DNA from: a virus
Taxonomy: Duplodnaviria; Caudoviricetes
DNA: 29,026 bases
IMG/VR virus record: IMGVR_UViG_3300043414_001064
Coordinates: 1 to 29,026 of that record
Reading direction: 5' to 3' (one strand)
Shown piece by piece: positions 1 to 7,914 of the stretch (the stretch's first letter is position 1; each line of letters opens with the position of its first letter). The notes under the pieces were generated by a model. It did no database searches, was not told the DNA's origin, and saw only the letters and a list, made by a program, of their open reading frames with translations. The position numbers and the translations under genes are program-made.

Positions 1-502
1 ACCCGTGATTGCCCGCTGCGTCATAGACCGGATTCCCTGAGCTATCGAGGCCGGTGAAGTGGACGACCTTACCCACATCCTCCAGATCAGTTATCTGGAA
101 GCGAGGGTAGAAAACGGCGGTGGGGTCGGAGTAGGTCAGGAAGCCGTCTCCGGCGTCCACGATCTTTTGCATCCCGATCCCTGCGGCGATGCTCCCGGTT
201 CCCCCGGCGATATACTCCTGCCAGCGGGGATAAGTGAGACGAGGAAAGTTGTCGAAAGTGACGCCCAGAACCGATTGGAAAGGGCGCGGGAGAGTGAGCG
301 TCTTCGGCACGGCGTCCGCCCACCAGTTGTTGGAGATAGCGGACTGGTTGAAAGCCACCGAGGCCAGAAGCCCCTTCCACTTGCCGGAGTTGTAGATGCG
401 CTCCAGCGCGGAATTGATGCGGTCCGTGACTAAGGCCTCGTCCAGCGTGGGGCTGACGTACCGGTATAACTTCTGTCTAGCTTGGGATAGGGTTAGAGGC
501 AT
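1..502 (-). CDS. Putative head-tail adaptor / tail tubular-like virion protein (partial, runs off the left edge; missing from the ORF track)
   Basis: Manual translation from ATG at 502: MPLTLSQARQKLYRYVSPTLDEALVTDRINSALERIYNSGKWKG..., open to the window edge. The N-terminal 'TL...INxALERI' helix pattern is typical of podoviral adaptor proteins. A TTGACA hexamer lies upstream (586-581). Confidence 0.6.
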   Translation of the reverse strand, partial: MPLTLSQARQKLYRYVSPTLDEALVTDRINSALERIYNSGKWKGLLASVAFNQSAISNNWWADAVPKTLTLPRPFQSVLGVTFDNFPRLTYPRWQEYIAGGTGSIAAGIGMQKIVDAGDGFLTYSDPTAVFYPRFQITDLEDVGKVVHFTGLDSSGNPVYDAAGNHG

Positions 503-582
503 TGGATAGAGGTTGGGAAACTAACGTCACCAGCCTGTATCCAAGCTATCGGGGGGAATTTGCCTTAAAGTGCGCGGTATTG

Positions 583-1020
583 TCAAGCACTATTTGTGGT
601 ATGTGATACCTCCGGCCCCCATTTGCCGATAGGGCACTTCTCGGTAGCCATGCGAAGTTTGGCCCACGTCGAGCAGCCGCATTTCATGCAGCGGCCTGTT
701 GCTCGCAATGCTTGAGAATTCCAAAATTCGCAGGTCCTACAAGTTTCCATTCTAATTTTTAATGTTTCGTCGTTCGTTTTTGCGAACCCGCCAGTAGCCC
801 ACTTTTTAGCCGATTGAACAACTGTTTGAGTCATGTCGAATAACTGTGGGGGTTTTAACTTATCCCGCATTTCTACTGATTCGGCTTTATGTCCACAGAA
901 CACCTTTCCCCACTTGCCTTTGGGGCAAACAACGCAAGGATCTGTTTTATCTATTCCGCAATCGCAGGAAGGGCATTTTAACTCCCTCACATCAGATAGT
1001 GGCTTAGGAATTTTCGCCAT
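583..1020 (-). CDS. Cys-rich small protein with two CPxGKW-ending metal-binding modules (DUF6171-like)
   Basis: 145 aa with 12 Cys: CPSCDC...CVVCPKGKWG and CRTC...CMKCGC...CPIGKWG. Tightly packed behind the 412-aa gene. Confidence 0.7.
   Translation of the reverse strand: MAKIPKPLSDVRELKCPSCDCGIDKTDPCVVCPKGKWGKVFCGHKAESVEMRDKLKPPQLFDMTQTVVQSAKKWATGGFAKTNDETLKIRMETCRTCEFWNSQALRATGRCMKCGCSTWAKLRMATEKCPIGKWGPEVSHTTNSA
598..610. promoter_or_regulatory. 13-bp operator-like motif GGTATGTGATACC
   Basis: Matches the repeated motif. Lies just upstream of the minus-strand TTGACA (586-581) that precedes the gene starting at 502. Confidence 0.6.
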
Positions 1021-1023
1021 AAA

Positions 1024-2262
1024 TTATGCGGGCCAATCAGGCTCCAACCCGTCAACTGCGCTTATTTTAAATTGCCACTCTACAGAAATACCCGCGCCCC
1101 TTGGAACGTCTGGTATACTTTGATACTCACCCCATACTGTTTCTACTTGTTCGGAATCAATTGCTTGTTCAATAGTTTTACAAAAGTCCCAATCAAATTC
1201 ACAACTTCCAGCTACAATGGTTGTGCTCGTTATGGCATTTTCATCGGAATCCGCTCTTTTTTTAGGGTCATTAATACACAGCCCTTCGGAGACTGATCCT
1301 CCGTTCCAAGTATATATTACTTCTTGAGGAGAGTAAATGGGAGGGAACTCTGTATCTTCTATAAATTCATTGCATTTTACTTCGGAGCCATACCCAGAAT
1401 AAGAATCAACAGGGGCAAGTTTGTGGAAGGTGTATTTTTTCCGGCCCCACACTTTTAGGTAACAACTTGCCGTTGGGGTATGTTTCACTTGATAAATATA
1501 CGATTCCGTTTTGTATTTTTGGTTTCCGTATTTTGACTTAAACGCTGACCCAGCGTGTATCCCCCCTGCTCCGGTTGGGGGCTGCCCACCAGTTAAAGAT
1601 GTTGCCGCCAAAGTTTTATTATCATCACCATCTGGAATACAATACGGCACTTGTTCACAAGTTATCATGTCGTAGTATTCCAAGTAATTATCAGTTGAGT
1701 ATGTCGGAAAACTGCTTTGTGCAACTCCCGAGGGAGCATTAGTTATACCCGTAGACGATCCCGGCACGCTTCCAACAGGATGATCAGTAGTTACGTCATT
1801 AGTAGCTACGCATTTTCCTGATTGAGCATCCCATTCGGTTGTTACTGAGGGAATAGCGTATTGTTTTTTTTCGTACTGAACTTGGTTGGGTTCCGCCCCA
1901 TAAAAAGGCGGGTAAGAACAACCAGCGAACATTCTCATATCGCGCCATGTTTCAATCGTTCTAAATAAACGGCATTCATCAGGAAGACCCCAAAGCTCAT
2001 CGACGTCTTGTCCTCCATCATCAATGCTTCTTATTCCCACGTAATTTGCAAACTGGTGGGAACACGCTTCGCAAGCTGTTTGCTGTTCTTCATCGCAATC
2101 TGCATCTGCGCCGTTGTATGCAAATCTATCTTCTGGTTTCTCCCACCAGGATGAGTCGCCAGCCAAATCTTCTCCCGCATAGTCCCGAAGTTCAAGGAAT
2201 ATGCTAATAGAAAAACCCGGAAAATCGCAACAGTTACACGCGCTATTCAGTTTTATAGACAT
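1024..2262 (-). CDS. Cys-rich hypothetical protein, possibly a virion/receptor-binding component
   Basis: 412-aa ORF starting MSIKLNSACNCC with 16 Cys. DNA is visibly more AT-rich than the core genes. Lies in the structural block. Confidence 0.65.
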   Translation of the reverse strand: MSIKLNSACNCCDFPGFSISIFLELRDYAGEDLAGDSSWWEKPEDRFAYNGADADCDEEQQTACEACSHQFANYVGIRSIDDGGQDVDELWGLPDECRLFRTIETWRDMRMFAGCSYPPFYGAEPNQVQYEKKQYAIPSVTTEWDAQSGKCVATNDVTTDHPVGSVPGSSTGITNAPSGVAQSSFPTYSTDNYLEYYDMITCEQVPYCIPDGDDNKTLAATSLTGGQPPTGAGGIHAGSAFKSKYGNQKYKTESYIYQVKHTPTASCYLKVWGRKKYTFHKLAPVDSYSGYGSEVKCNEFIEDTEFPPIYSPQEVIYTWNGGSVSEGLCINDPKKRADSDENAITSTTIVAGSCEFDWDFCKTIEQAIDSEQVETVWGEYQSIPDVPRGAGISVEWQFKISAVDGLEPDWPA

Positions 2263-2272
2263 TTGTTTACCG

Positions 2273-3040
2273 CTATCTCGCTAGTGTTACTCCGTAAAAA
2301 GGGGCTGTTGCTTTAAACCAGTTGCGACAAATTGTAGCAGTTACAGAGCCGCAGCCGTAGTTATAATATGAAGCGTTGCTCCCGTCGTAAGCATACCCGC
2401 CCAAGGTAAGATAAAAGGCAGTGTCAGTATCGCCAGGCGTCGATCCGCCACTGAGAATCACAGTTGTCACCGCCCCAGTGCTATTTATTCTTACTCCAGC
2501 GTACACTTGTCCAGAACCCCCATTGGCAACAAATTTACCTTTGATTGGGTCCACCCCTGGCGGAAGTTGTCCGGCCACGGTGCCGGGATGCACCCAGATA
2601 CTGTCGCCCACTAGGTAGAGGCCGAGACCGCAGTCAACGGCGGAGGCTTCACCGGAAGAAACATTCTGGCTAGTGGTATCTTTGAAGAGTTCGCCTCGAA
2701 TGATTTGCCCGGAACTAATGTCGATGGCCCCGACGTTCGGCAAGTCCACATAGTCAACGCGCTTCCCGCTGACGGTGGTGGCTTGATTTACGGCGGAGGA
2801 CCTCATCGCGTAATCGCGAACAAAGTTAGACACTCTTCCGGTTAGCTGCGCCCGTTTGATATCCCGGCTTAGGTGTCTGTTGTCTCTCCCCACCGCAGCC
2901 TGTTGTTTAGCTGCGTCACTCCTCTCCTTCTCTTTCTGGGCTTGGGCGGCAGCTTCTGCTTTATTTTCTTGCAGCAAGTTCAATCCGCGGGCTTGTTTCG
3001 CCGCCATCGCGTCAAGTCCGGGGGTGCTCGCCTCGATCAT
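2273..3040 (-). CDS. Hypothetical virion protein (N-terminal coiled coil, Gly-rich beta C-terminus)
   Basis: 255-aa ORF starting 3 nt after the stop of the 869-aa gene. Confidence 0.7.
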   Translation of the reverse strand: MIEASTPGLDAMAAKQARGLNLLQENKAEAAAQAQKEKERSDAAKQQAAVGRDNRHLSRDIKRAQLTGRVSNFVRDYAMRSSAVNQATTVSGKRVDYVDLPNVGAIDISSGQIIRGELFKDTTSQNVSSGEASAVDCGLGLYLVGDSIWVHPGTVAGQLPPGVDPIKGKFVANGGSGQVYAGVRINSTGAVTTVILSGGSTPGDTDTAFYLTLGGYAYDGSNASYYNYGCGSVTATICRNWFKATAPFYGVTLAR

Positions 3041-3043
3041 GGA

Positions 3044-5653
3044 TTAAGCCAGGGTAGCGGCGTCGAACACTGTAGCGTGAACTACAAACCAGTCGTGCTT
3101 GAAAAAATCTACCCGGCAGTCAGTCAAAAAGCGTCCGCTTGTCGGGATACTAACCGGGTTCGTTGCGGGAAGACTTTGCTGCACTTGGTTAACTAAATTG
3201 AGGTTCAACGTCCTGTTTATCGATATCATCGGGGCAACCGTGACCCCCCCTTTTTCCATGGCTGGGTAACTAATCGTAAAAGTTTTCGTCTGATTAGTGC
3301 TATCTGTTGTATTTAGATTAAAGCCTCCGTGCAAACACGGCGGGATTGTCACAATGATAGGCTTGGTGTCTGTTGATTCTTCGACCGTATCATTGAGTCC
3401 GTAAGATGCCCCCGTCGTATCCCCGAAATTACAAGCACGAGACACGGCGGCGGATATACGTTTAGTTAACGTCTTTGACTGGGCGGTTATCACCGCGCCC
3501 TCTGGTTTGAATATCGGCCACTTTGACGCGCCAAGTTTAGCCAGTATGCTGGCCGAGGTGACTGGCTTTTGAAGAAAGAATATGTGGTTGGTGGCTTCTA
3601 TGTTGCTGGCCCATATGTCGCGGTACTGAATTTTGAATTCCGGCGTTAAGGTTGAACTGATGGCCAGCGAACCCGTGTCAGACTGATTGAGGTTCATGAA
3701 TCTTCCGATCGCTGCGTTTTGATTGTTGAAATCCGAGCCGCTTTCGCTTTTAGCAAAGATGACTTCCAAGCGTGTCATGACCCGTGGGAGGTCCAAGGAT
3801 ATCCTAGTCGGGTACTCTACCATGTATCCGCTCAATACCGAACTCAAAGCGGAGGTATCGTAGGTACGCACCAGATACTTATCGGCGCTCAACGGCTCGA
3901 TGTCCGAGTTCGCCACCTTGGCCCCAGAGCTGGAGATTTTTTCCGTGTAAGGGATCTGAATGTTGTACGCCTCATCCAGATTATGGCCGGTCAACTCGGG
4001 GGTTGTGGTATCGTCTCGGGTTACAGTGGACTCCCGCACCTCGAACTTGCTGATTCGCTGTTTGCTGGCACTTAGCTGGTTCGCAGCAAGAGTCACCGTC
4101 GAATCGGTGCCTGCTTTAACGTCGGTCTTAGCTACAGACTCTATTTTTGCAACGAACCTGGGCGGCAACACATCGGGTTTCGATTTGGTCTCCGTCGTGG
4201 CGGAGAAGACTTCGGGTATGATGGTCTTGCGGACGACGAACATCCCATCTCCGAGGGCCTCGCTCTCCACGTCCACAGTAGCGGAAGGGGTTTCTGACGT
4301 ATCCCCGTTCTGGAGAGTCTCGGTTATAGTGGCAACTTGTTTATTTGGAGTTGTGGCTTTCTGAGTTAATGACTTGGGGGTTGTCTGGCGAGAAGTCGTT
4401 CGCTTACGTATCGTAAATTTGGTCTGTTGAGTCTCTGACTTGGCAAACTCCCCTGCTCCAAGCACCGGTTTGACCGCCGTGGTTCCAGCGATTGTTTCTT
4501 CCTCGGTAGTAGTGGGAGAAGCCACGCGGAATTTGGCCGGAGCCGTATCCGGAGCCTCCACCGAAAACGTCTTGGCGGAGAAAACATCGGGTACGATGGT
4601 CTTGCGTACCACGTATGTACCGTCTCCGAGGGCCTCGCTCTCCACATCCACAGTAGCGGAAGGGGTTTCTGACGTATCCCCGTTCTGGAGGGTTTCGGTT
4701 ATAGTGGCGAGTTGTTTTTGCTCGGTAGTAGCCTTCTGTGAAAGGGCTGTGGGGAGCCTGAACGTAGGGCGATACGTCGTCCGCTTACGATTCGTAAACC
4801 CGGTCTGCTGCGTTTCCGACTTTGCAAACTCTCCGGTTGTGAGCGTCGGCTGTGAGGCAGTTCCGGCTACGGTTTGTTCGGTGGTGATCGCGGGTACTTT
4901 TACTCTAAACTTGGTGGGGGCGGGATCGGGGGCTTCAACTGAGAAGGCTTTGCCCGAGAAAACCTCCGGCAAGGTTTTAACGGTATCCGTGATGACGTTG
5001 CCTTCACCAATCTCTGAGGTGAAGGACGTTACGGAGCTGGGATTAGGCGAGGAATAACCCTCGCCTAAAAACTTCCTCTGCGAGGTGACCTGCACCTTTT
5101 GGCCCACTTCGTTGCTCTCGTAGCGGGTGATAAACGGCCCCGGCAACGTCTCGTAGACTCGACTGACCTTGAGATAGACGGAGTCGAGGGCCTTGTCTTC
5201 GGCCTCGCCGGTTAGCTGACCATCTCCGCGGAAACGCTCGACTTCTTCCGCAATTAGTCGGGCGGAGGGGAAAATAGGGTCTGGCGATCCAGCGGGCAAC
5301 GGGGCGTACTCCGATCTAGAGACGACATAGGTCCGGATATAGATAGGATATGCCGGATCACTGGCGGAATACTTGAGCGTGAAGTTGTAGGCGTCCTGCT
5401 CCTGGCGATCTTTGGCGTAGACCCGCCGTACCCACATATAGTTGGTCTGCTGATCCAGCGGGGCCTGGTAAACAAGTTTTAAGCCTGGGTACGTGACCTG
5501 ATCCGGGTGGAGATCTCCGTACTCCAGCGCCGAATACCCCGGCAGGCGGGTATCGACGTCCTGTACCACCATCAAGTCACCGACGTTTGGCGTCGGATAA
5601 CTTACGACAGGGATCTCGGGCGACAGGGCGCGGGGTGCCGGTACTCTAGCCAT
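3044..5653 (-). CDS. Large Thr/Ser-rich virion (tail-associated) protein with ~125-aa tandem repeats
   Basis: 869-aa ORF with repeated units beginning VFS and containing TITETLQNGDTSETPSATVDVESEALGDG. Located in the structural block. Confidence 0.75.
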   Translation of the reverse strand: MARVPAPRALSPEIPVVSYPTPNVGDLMVVQDVDTRLPGYSALEYGDLHPDQVTYPGLKLVYQAPLDQQTNYMWVRRVYAKDRQEQDAYNFTLKYSASDPAYPIYIRTYVVSRSEYAPLPAGSPDPIFPSARLIAEEVERFRGDGQLTGEAEDKALDSVYLKVSRVYETLPGPFITRYESNEVGQKVQVTSQRKFLGEGYSSPNPSSVTSFTSEIGEGNVITDTVKTLPEVFSGKAFSVEAPDPAPTKFRVKVPAITTEQTVAGTASQPTLTTGEFAKSETQQTGFTNRKRTTYRPTFRLPTALSQKATTEQKQLATITETLQNGDTSETPSATVDVESEALGDGTYVVRKTIVPDVFSAKTFSVEAPDTAPAKFRVASPTTTEEETIAGTTAVKPVLGAGEFAKSETQQTKFTIRKRTTSRQTTPKSLTQKATTPNKQVATITETLQNGDTSETPSATVDVESEALGDGMFVVRKTIIPEVFSATTETKSKPDVLPPRFVAKIESVAKTDVKAGTDSTVTLAANQLSASKQRISKFEVRESTVTRDDTTTPELTGHNLDEAYNIQIPYTEKISSSGAKVANSDIEPLSADKYLVRTYDTSALSSVLSGYMVEYPTRISLDLPRVMTRLEVIFAKSESGSDFNNQNAAIGRFMNLNQSDTGSLAISSTLTPEFKIQYRDIWASNIEATNHIFFLQKPVTSASILAKLGASKWPIFKPEGAVITAQSKTLTKRISAAVSRACNFGDTTGASYGLNDTVEESTDTKPIIVTIPPCLHGGFNLNTTDSTNQTKTFTISYPAMEKGGVTVAPMISINRTLNLNLVNQVQQSLPATNPVSIPTSGRFLTDCRVDFFKHDWFVVHATVFDAATLA
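4211..4963 (-). repeat. Intragenic tandem duplication (units 4586-4963 and 4211-4585; a degenerate third unit follows)
   Basis: DNA 4248-4333 and 4623-4708 differ at only 3 of 86 positions, offset 375 bp. Confidence 0.95.
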
Positions 5654-5823
5654 CAGTAATCCCCCTCATCACGCTCGTCTTTACGGCGATAAGTTGGCCG
5701 GACGCGACGGCCACCGAACTGCTCTTCGTCATCCCCATCGAGCAGACAAGTGGCGCACAGCCCGTTGTAAACAGCGGGCTCGTCGTCGCACATCTGGCAC
5801 ATATGGCAGTCCTGATTATACAT
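5653..5823 (-). CDS. 56-aa putative zinc-finger microprotein (not in the ORF track)
   Basis: MYNQDCHMCQMCDDEPAVYNGLCATCLLDGDDEEQFGGRRVRPTYRRKDERDEGDY*. Fills the gap exactly, and its stop overlaps the next start (TGATG). Confidence 0.7.
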   Translation of the reverse strand: MYNQDCHMCQMCDDEPAVYNGLCATCLLDGDDEEQFGGRRVRPTYRRKDERDEGDY

Positions 5824-5832
5824 AGGGGTTGT

Positions 5833-5845
5833 GGTATATTAACCC
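5833..5845. promoter_or_regulatory. 13-bp operator-like motif GGTATATTAACCC
   Basis: Intergenic. Identical to the reverse complement of 13442-13454. Confidence 0.75.
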
Positions 5846-5846
5846 T

Positions 5847-6374
5847 TCAGCGTTTAACGTCCACACTAAAGGGATGAATCCGGATGAAATTACGGACTAG
5901 AGAAGCTGGGCGACTCTTTGCCCAAACCCCGTCTCCCGACTGGCTATCCCGTTCGCCACGGCCATTAGTATTGCCTTCTACCGTTAGAACCCTGCCACCC
6001 TTGTACCCTGTTACTATGCCGCAATGCGAAAAATCAAAAACGACAAGGTCGCCCGGCTGCGGGGTCGAGCCTTCAGGAAGAATAGTAGTGGTATGAGGGC
6101 GATCGCTGGCCCACTTTAGCAGACCGAAAGCGGCGGCGGTCTTGGGCCTCCAGGCAGAGATCGAGGTCTTGTGTAGGTCGAGCCAGAACGCGGTGGCCGG
6201 GTCTTTGAGCCATTCAGCTATGCAATGGTCAACAAACGCGGCGCACCATGCCCACGGAGCAGGAGCGAGGTTCGTTGCGGACTGGTACATACGGATCTTC
6301 GCTCCGCGATTGTTTCCGCCGACCTCTTTAACGCCGACTTGGGACAGCGCGATTTCTGCAAGGCGCTTTGTCAT
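5847..6374 (-). CDS. Endolysin, CHAP-domain amidase/peptidase
   Basis: Motifs WCAAFV (catalytic Cys), PGDLVVF, HCGIV (His) and VEGNT. Start placed at ATG 6374 (MTKRLAEIA) because it overlaps the upstream stop (TGATG). Confidence 0.9.
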   Translation of the reverse strand: MTKRLAEIALSQVGVKEVGGNNRGAKIRMYQSATNLAPAPWAWCAAFVDHCIAEWLKDPATAFWLDLHKTSISAWRPKTAAAFGLLKWASDRPHTTTILPEGSTPQPGDLVVFDFSHCGIVTGYKGGRVLTVEGNTNGRGERDSQSGDGVWAKSRPASLVRNFIRIHPFSVDVKR

Positions 6375-6544
6375 CAAAAGTCGGTGCCCCCTTTGATCTC
6401 GACGCTCGGCAGGATACGACCGCCGGACAACTTGGGCTTCACGCAAACGCGGAGCGAGGACAGGAGCCGGATGATGAAAGGCCTCGTGTCGATGGGTGCA
6501 GGCTTGTTGTGGAAAGCCGCTTCGCGTATCTGCTCGCTAGTCAT
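6374..6544 (-). CDS. Small hypothetical protein of the lysis cassette (56 aa)
   Basis: MTSEQIREAAF...VEIKGGTDF*. Overlaps both neighbouring genes, consistent with translational coupling. Confidence 0.55.
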   Translation of the reverse strand: MTSEQIREAAFHNKPAPIDTRPFIIRLLSSLRVCVKPKLSGGRILPSVEIKGGTDF

Positions 6545-6845
6545 TTTTGATGGCTTTGCGGACCTCGATGTAAGTGACCGGACCAGGAATTCCGTCTTGG
6601 GGGACATTGACCATCGCCTGGATCGCCTTGACCCCGTCCGTCTGCGACACGTTGGTGTAGTAGTTCACGAGGGCAAGTAGCGCGGCCACTGCGAATCCGG
6701 TAACCGCGGTCTGGTCTATGGTGCTGGCCAAGTTGTTGTCAAAAGTCGCCAGCTTCCCCACACCAGCGCCGACGAGGCCAGCAATGATGGGGGTCAGGAT
6801 GCCACCAGCTCGCGAAACCAGAAAACGGAGGATCGTGTTCTTCAT
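6537..6845 (-). CDS. Holin-like membrane protein with a C-terminal peptidoglycan-binding-like motif
   Basis: Two hydrophobic segments, then VKAIQAMVNVPQDGIPGPVT, which resembles the PG_binding_1 'LQ...DGxxGxxT' signature. Confidence 0.6.
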   Translation of the reverse strand: MKNTILRFLVSRAGGILTPIIAGLVGAGVGKLATFDNNLASTIDQTAVTGFAVAALLALVNYYTNVSQTDGVKAIQAMVNVPQDGIPGPVTYIEVRKAIKND

Positions 6846-7129
6846 ACCTCCCCCACTTTCAGCCGTGAAACAGCGGATTCGATGGTGAGCCGGAGCAGGC
6901 TCTCGGAGGCCCGAATACCCAAAACAGTTGCAGAGTCTCGGAGTTGATCTACTGCGGCCTCACGCTTGCGGGCACCTGTTGACTTCTTATCTGCGAGAGA
7001 ACGCACAATTTCCAGGGCGATAGGCAGGAGTGCAGCTACGCCAGAGGCAGTCAACTCACGGAGGATGGGCGCATAGAATTCTAGTAGACTTTTGGAAAGT
7101 CCGAGTAGTTTGGCGAGGAGTGTTTTCAT
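6842..7129 (-). CDS. Holin-like / lysis-associated small protein
   Basis: 95 aa. C-terminal KREAAVDQL...LRLTIESAVSRLK resembles LL-H-type holin C-termini. ATGA overlaps with neighbours. Confidence 0.5.
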   Translation of the reverse strand: MKTLLAKLLGLSKSLLEFYAPILRELTASGVAALLPIALEIVRSLADKKSTGARKREAAVDQLRDSATVLGIRASESLLRLTIESAVSRLKVGEV

Positions 7130-7398
7130 GGTTTTGGATGTAGTTCGAGTGTGCGGATGCGGGCTTCATGGTCCGCAAGAAGTTCAGTGTGGCGTCGGTC
7201 AACCTCGGCCCCGGCCTCCATGCGGATTAAAACTTGTTCAATTTTCTCGACGCGCCCCGACAACTTGCTGTTGGCAATCTCGAAGTCGGTCCTCGATACG
7301 AACTGACCTTGGAGGAGCAGCAAAACAATGACCCCGACAGGGGTAATGTATTTTGCCGCGTTGCGAACTAGAAGGAGTGGGTCCGTCTCGGTGTGCAT
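7126..7398 (-). CDS. Single-TM plus coiled-coil protein (holin/hemolysin-like)
   Basis: Hydrophobic ITPVGVIVLLLLQG followed by a coiled coil ending LADHEARIRTLE. First gene of the lysis cassette. Confidence 0.55.
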   Translation of the reverse strand: MHTETDPLLLVRNAAKYITPVGVIVLLLLQGQFVSRTDFEIANSKLSGRVEKIEQVLIRMEAGAEVDRRHTELLADHEARIRTLELHPKP

Positions 7399-7399
7399 A

Positions 7400-7909
7400 T
7401 TATTCGGCGATTACTTGCTCAAACGTATGCGGTGTTCTTGGAAAGAAGGTCTGCCCGGAAACCGCCATGCCTTGGACGGTTTCCATCCACGCATAAAGCG
7501 CGGTGAGTTTGGGGACACTGGCGACCGTTCCGTCCTCTTTGTTTTTGAGTAGCTTGTTAAGGAGGATTACCTTGCGGTCGGCGTCAAATCCGCTGCGGTT
7601 CACGAAGTCGGCTCCCGCTTGGATACAACTCGAAACGTGCGCTTGGGCGGCGACCTCTATGCCTTCGCTCGGCCAATCGCGCTCGCTATCGGCGTCTGGG
7701 CCGTGGTTCTTGACGCGCCACACGCTGAAGTTTGCCTCTGGCACGGCGATGACGCAAACCACACGGAATCCGCTACCACTAGGAGCCACATAAGTCTCGG
7801 TCTGTAGCGTGACATTCGGAGCGATTGTCTGCGGAGCCACGCGCTGCGGGGTCGTGAGCGCGACCGCAAAGGCCGCGTCAATAGCTTGGTTGATTGCGAT
7901 TAAGTCCAT
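7400..7909 (-). CDS. Hypothetical protein, possible tail fibre chaperone
   Basis: 169-aa ORF immediately downstream of the tail fibre. Function inferred from position only. Confidence 0.55.
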   Translation of the reverse strand: MDLIAINQAIDAAFAVALTTPQRVAPQTIAPNVTLQTETYVAPSGSGFRVVCVIAVPEANFSVWRVKNHGPDADSERDWPSEGIEVAAQAHVSSCIQAGADFVNRSGFDADRKVILLNKLLKNKEDGTVASVPKLTALYAWMETVQGMAVSGQTFFPRTPHTFEQVIAE

Positions 7910-7914
7910 AGTCG

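Noticed and set aside
59-433. ORF-track calls 59-433(+) and 87-380(-)
   Set aside because: A better minus-strand frame from ATG 502 runs off the window edge and explains the region.
576-588. GGTATTGTCAAGC as an additional operator copy, resembling the L5 stoperator ending TGTCAAG
   Set aside because: Only one half-site matches and the rest is the TTGACA hexamer. It was not counted, and the L5 resemblance is probably because both contain a -35 sequence.
4248-4708. DGR template/variable repeat pair
   Set aside because: Both copies are in frame in the middle of one gene as part of a longer tandem unit, the three differences are synonymous, and no reverse transcriptase is present in the window.
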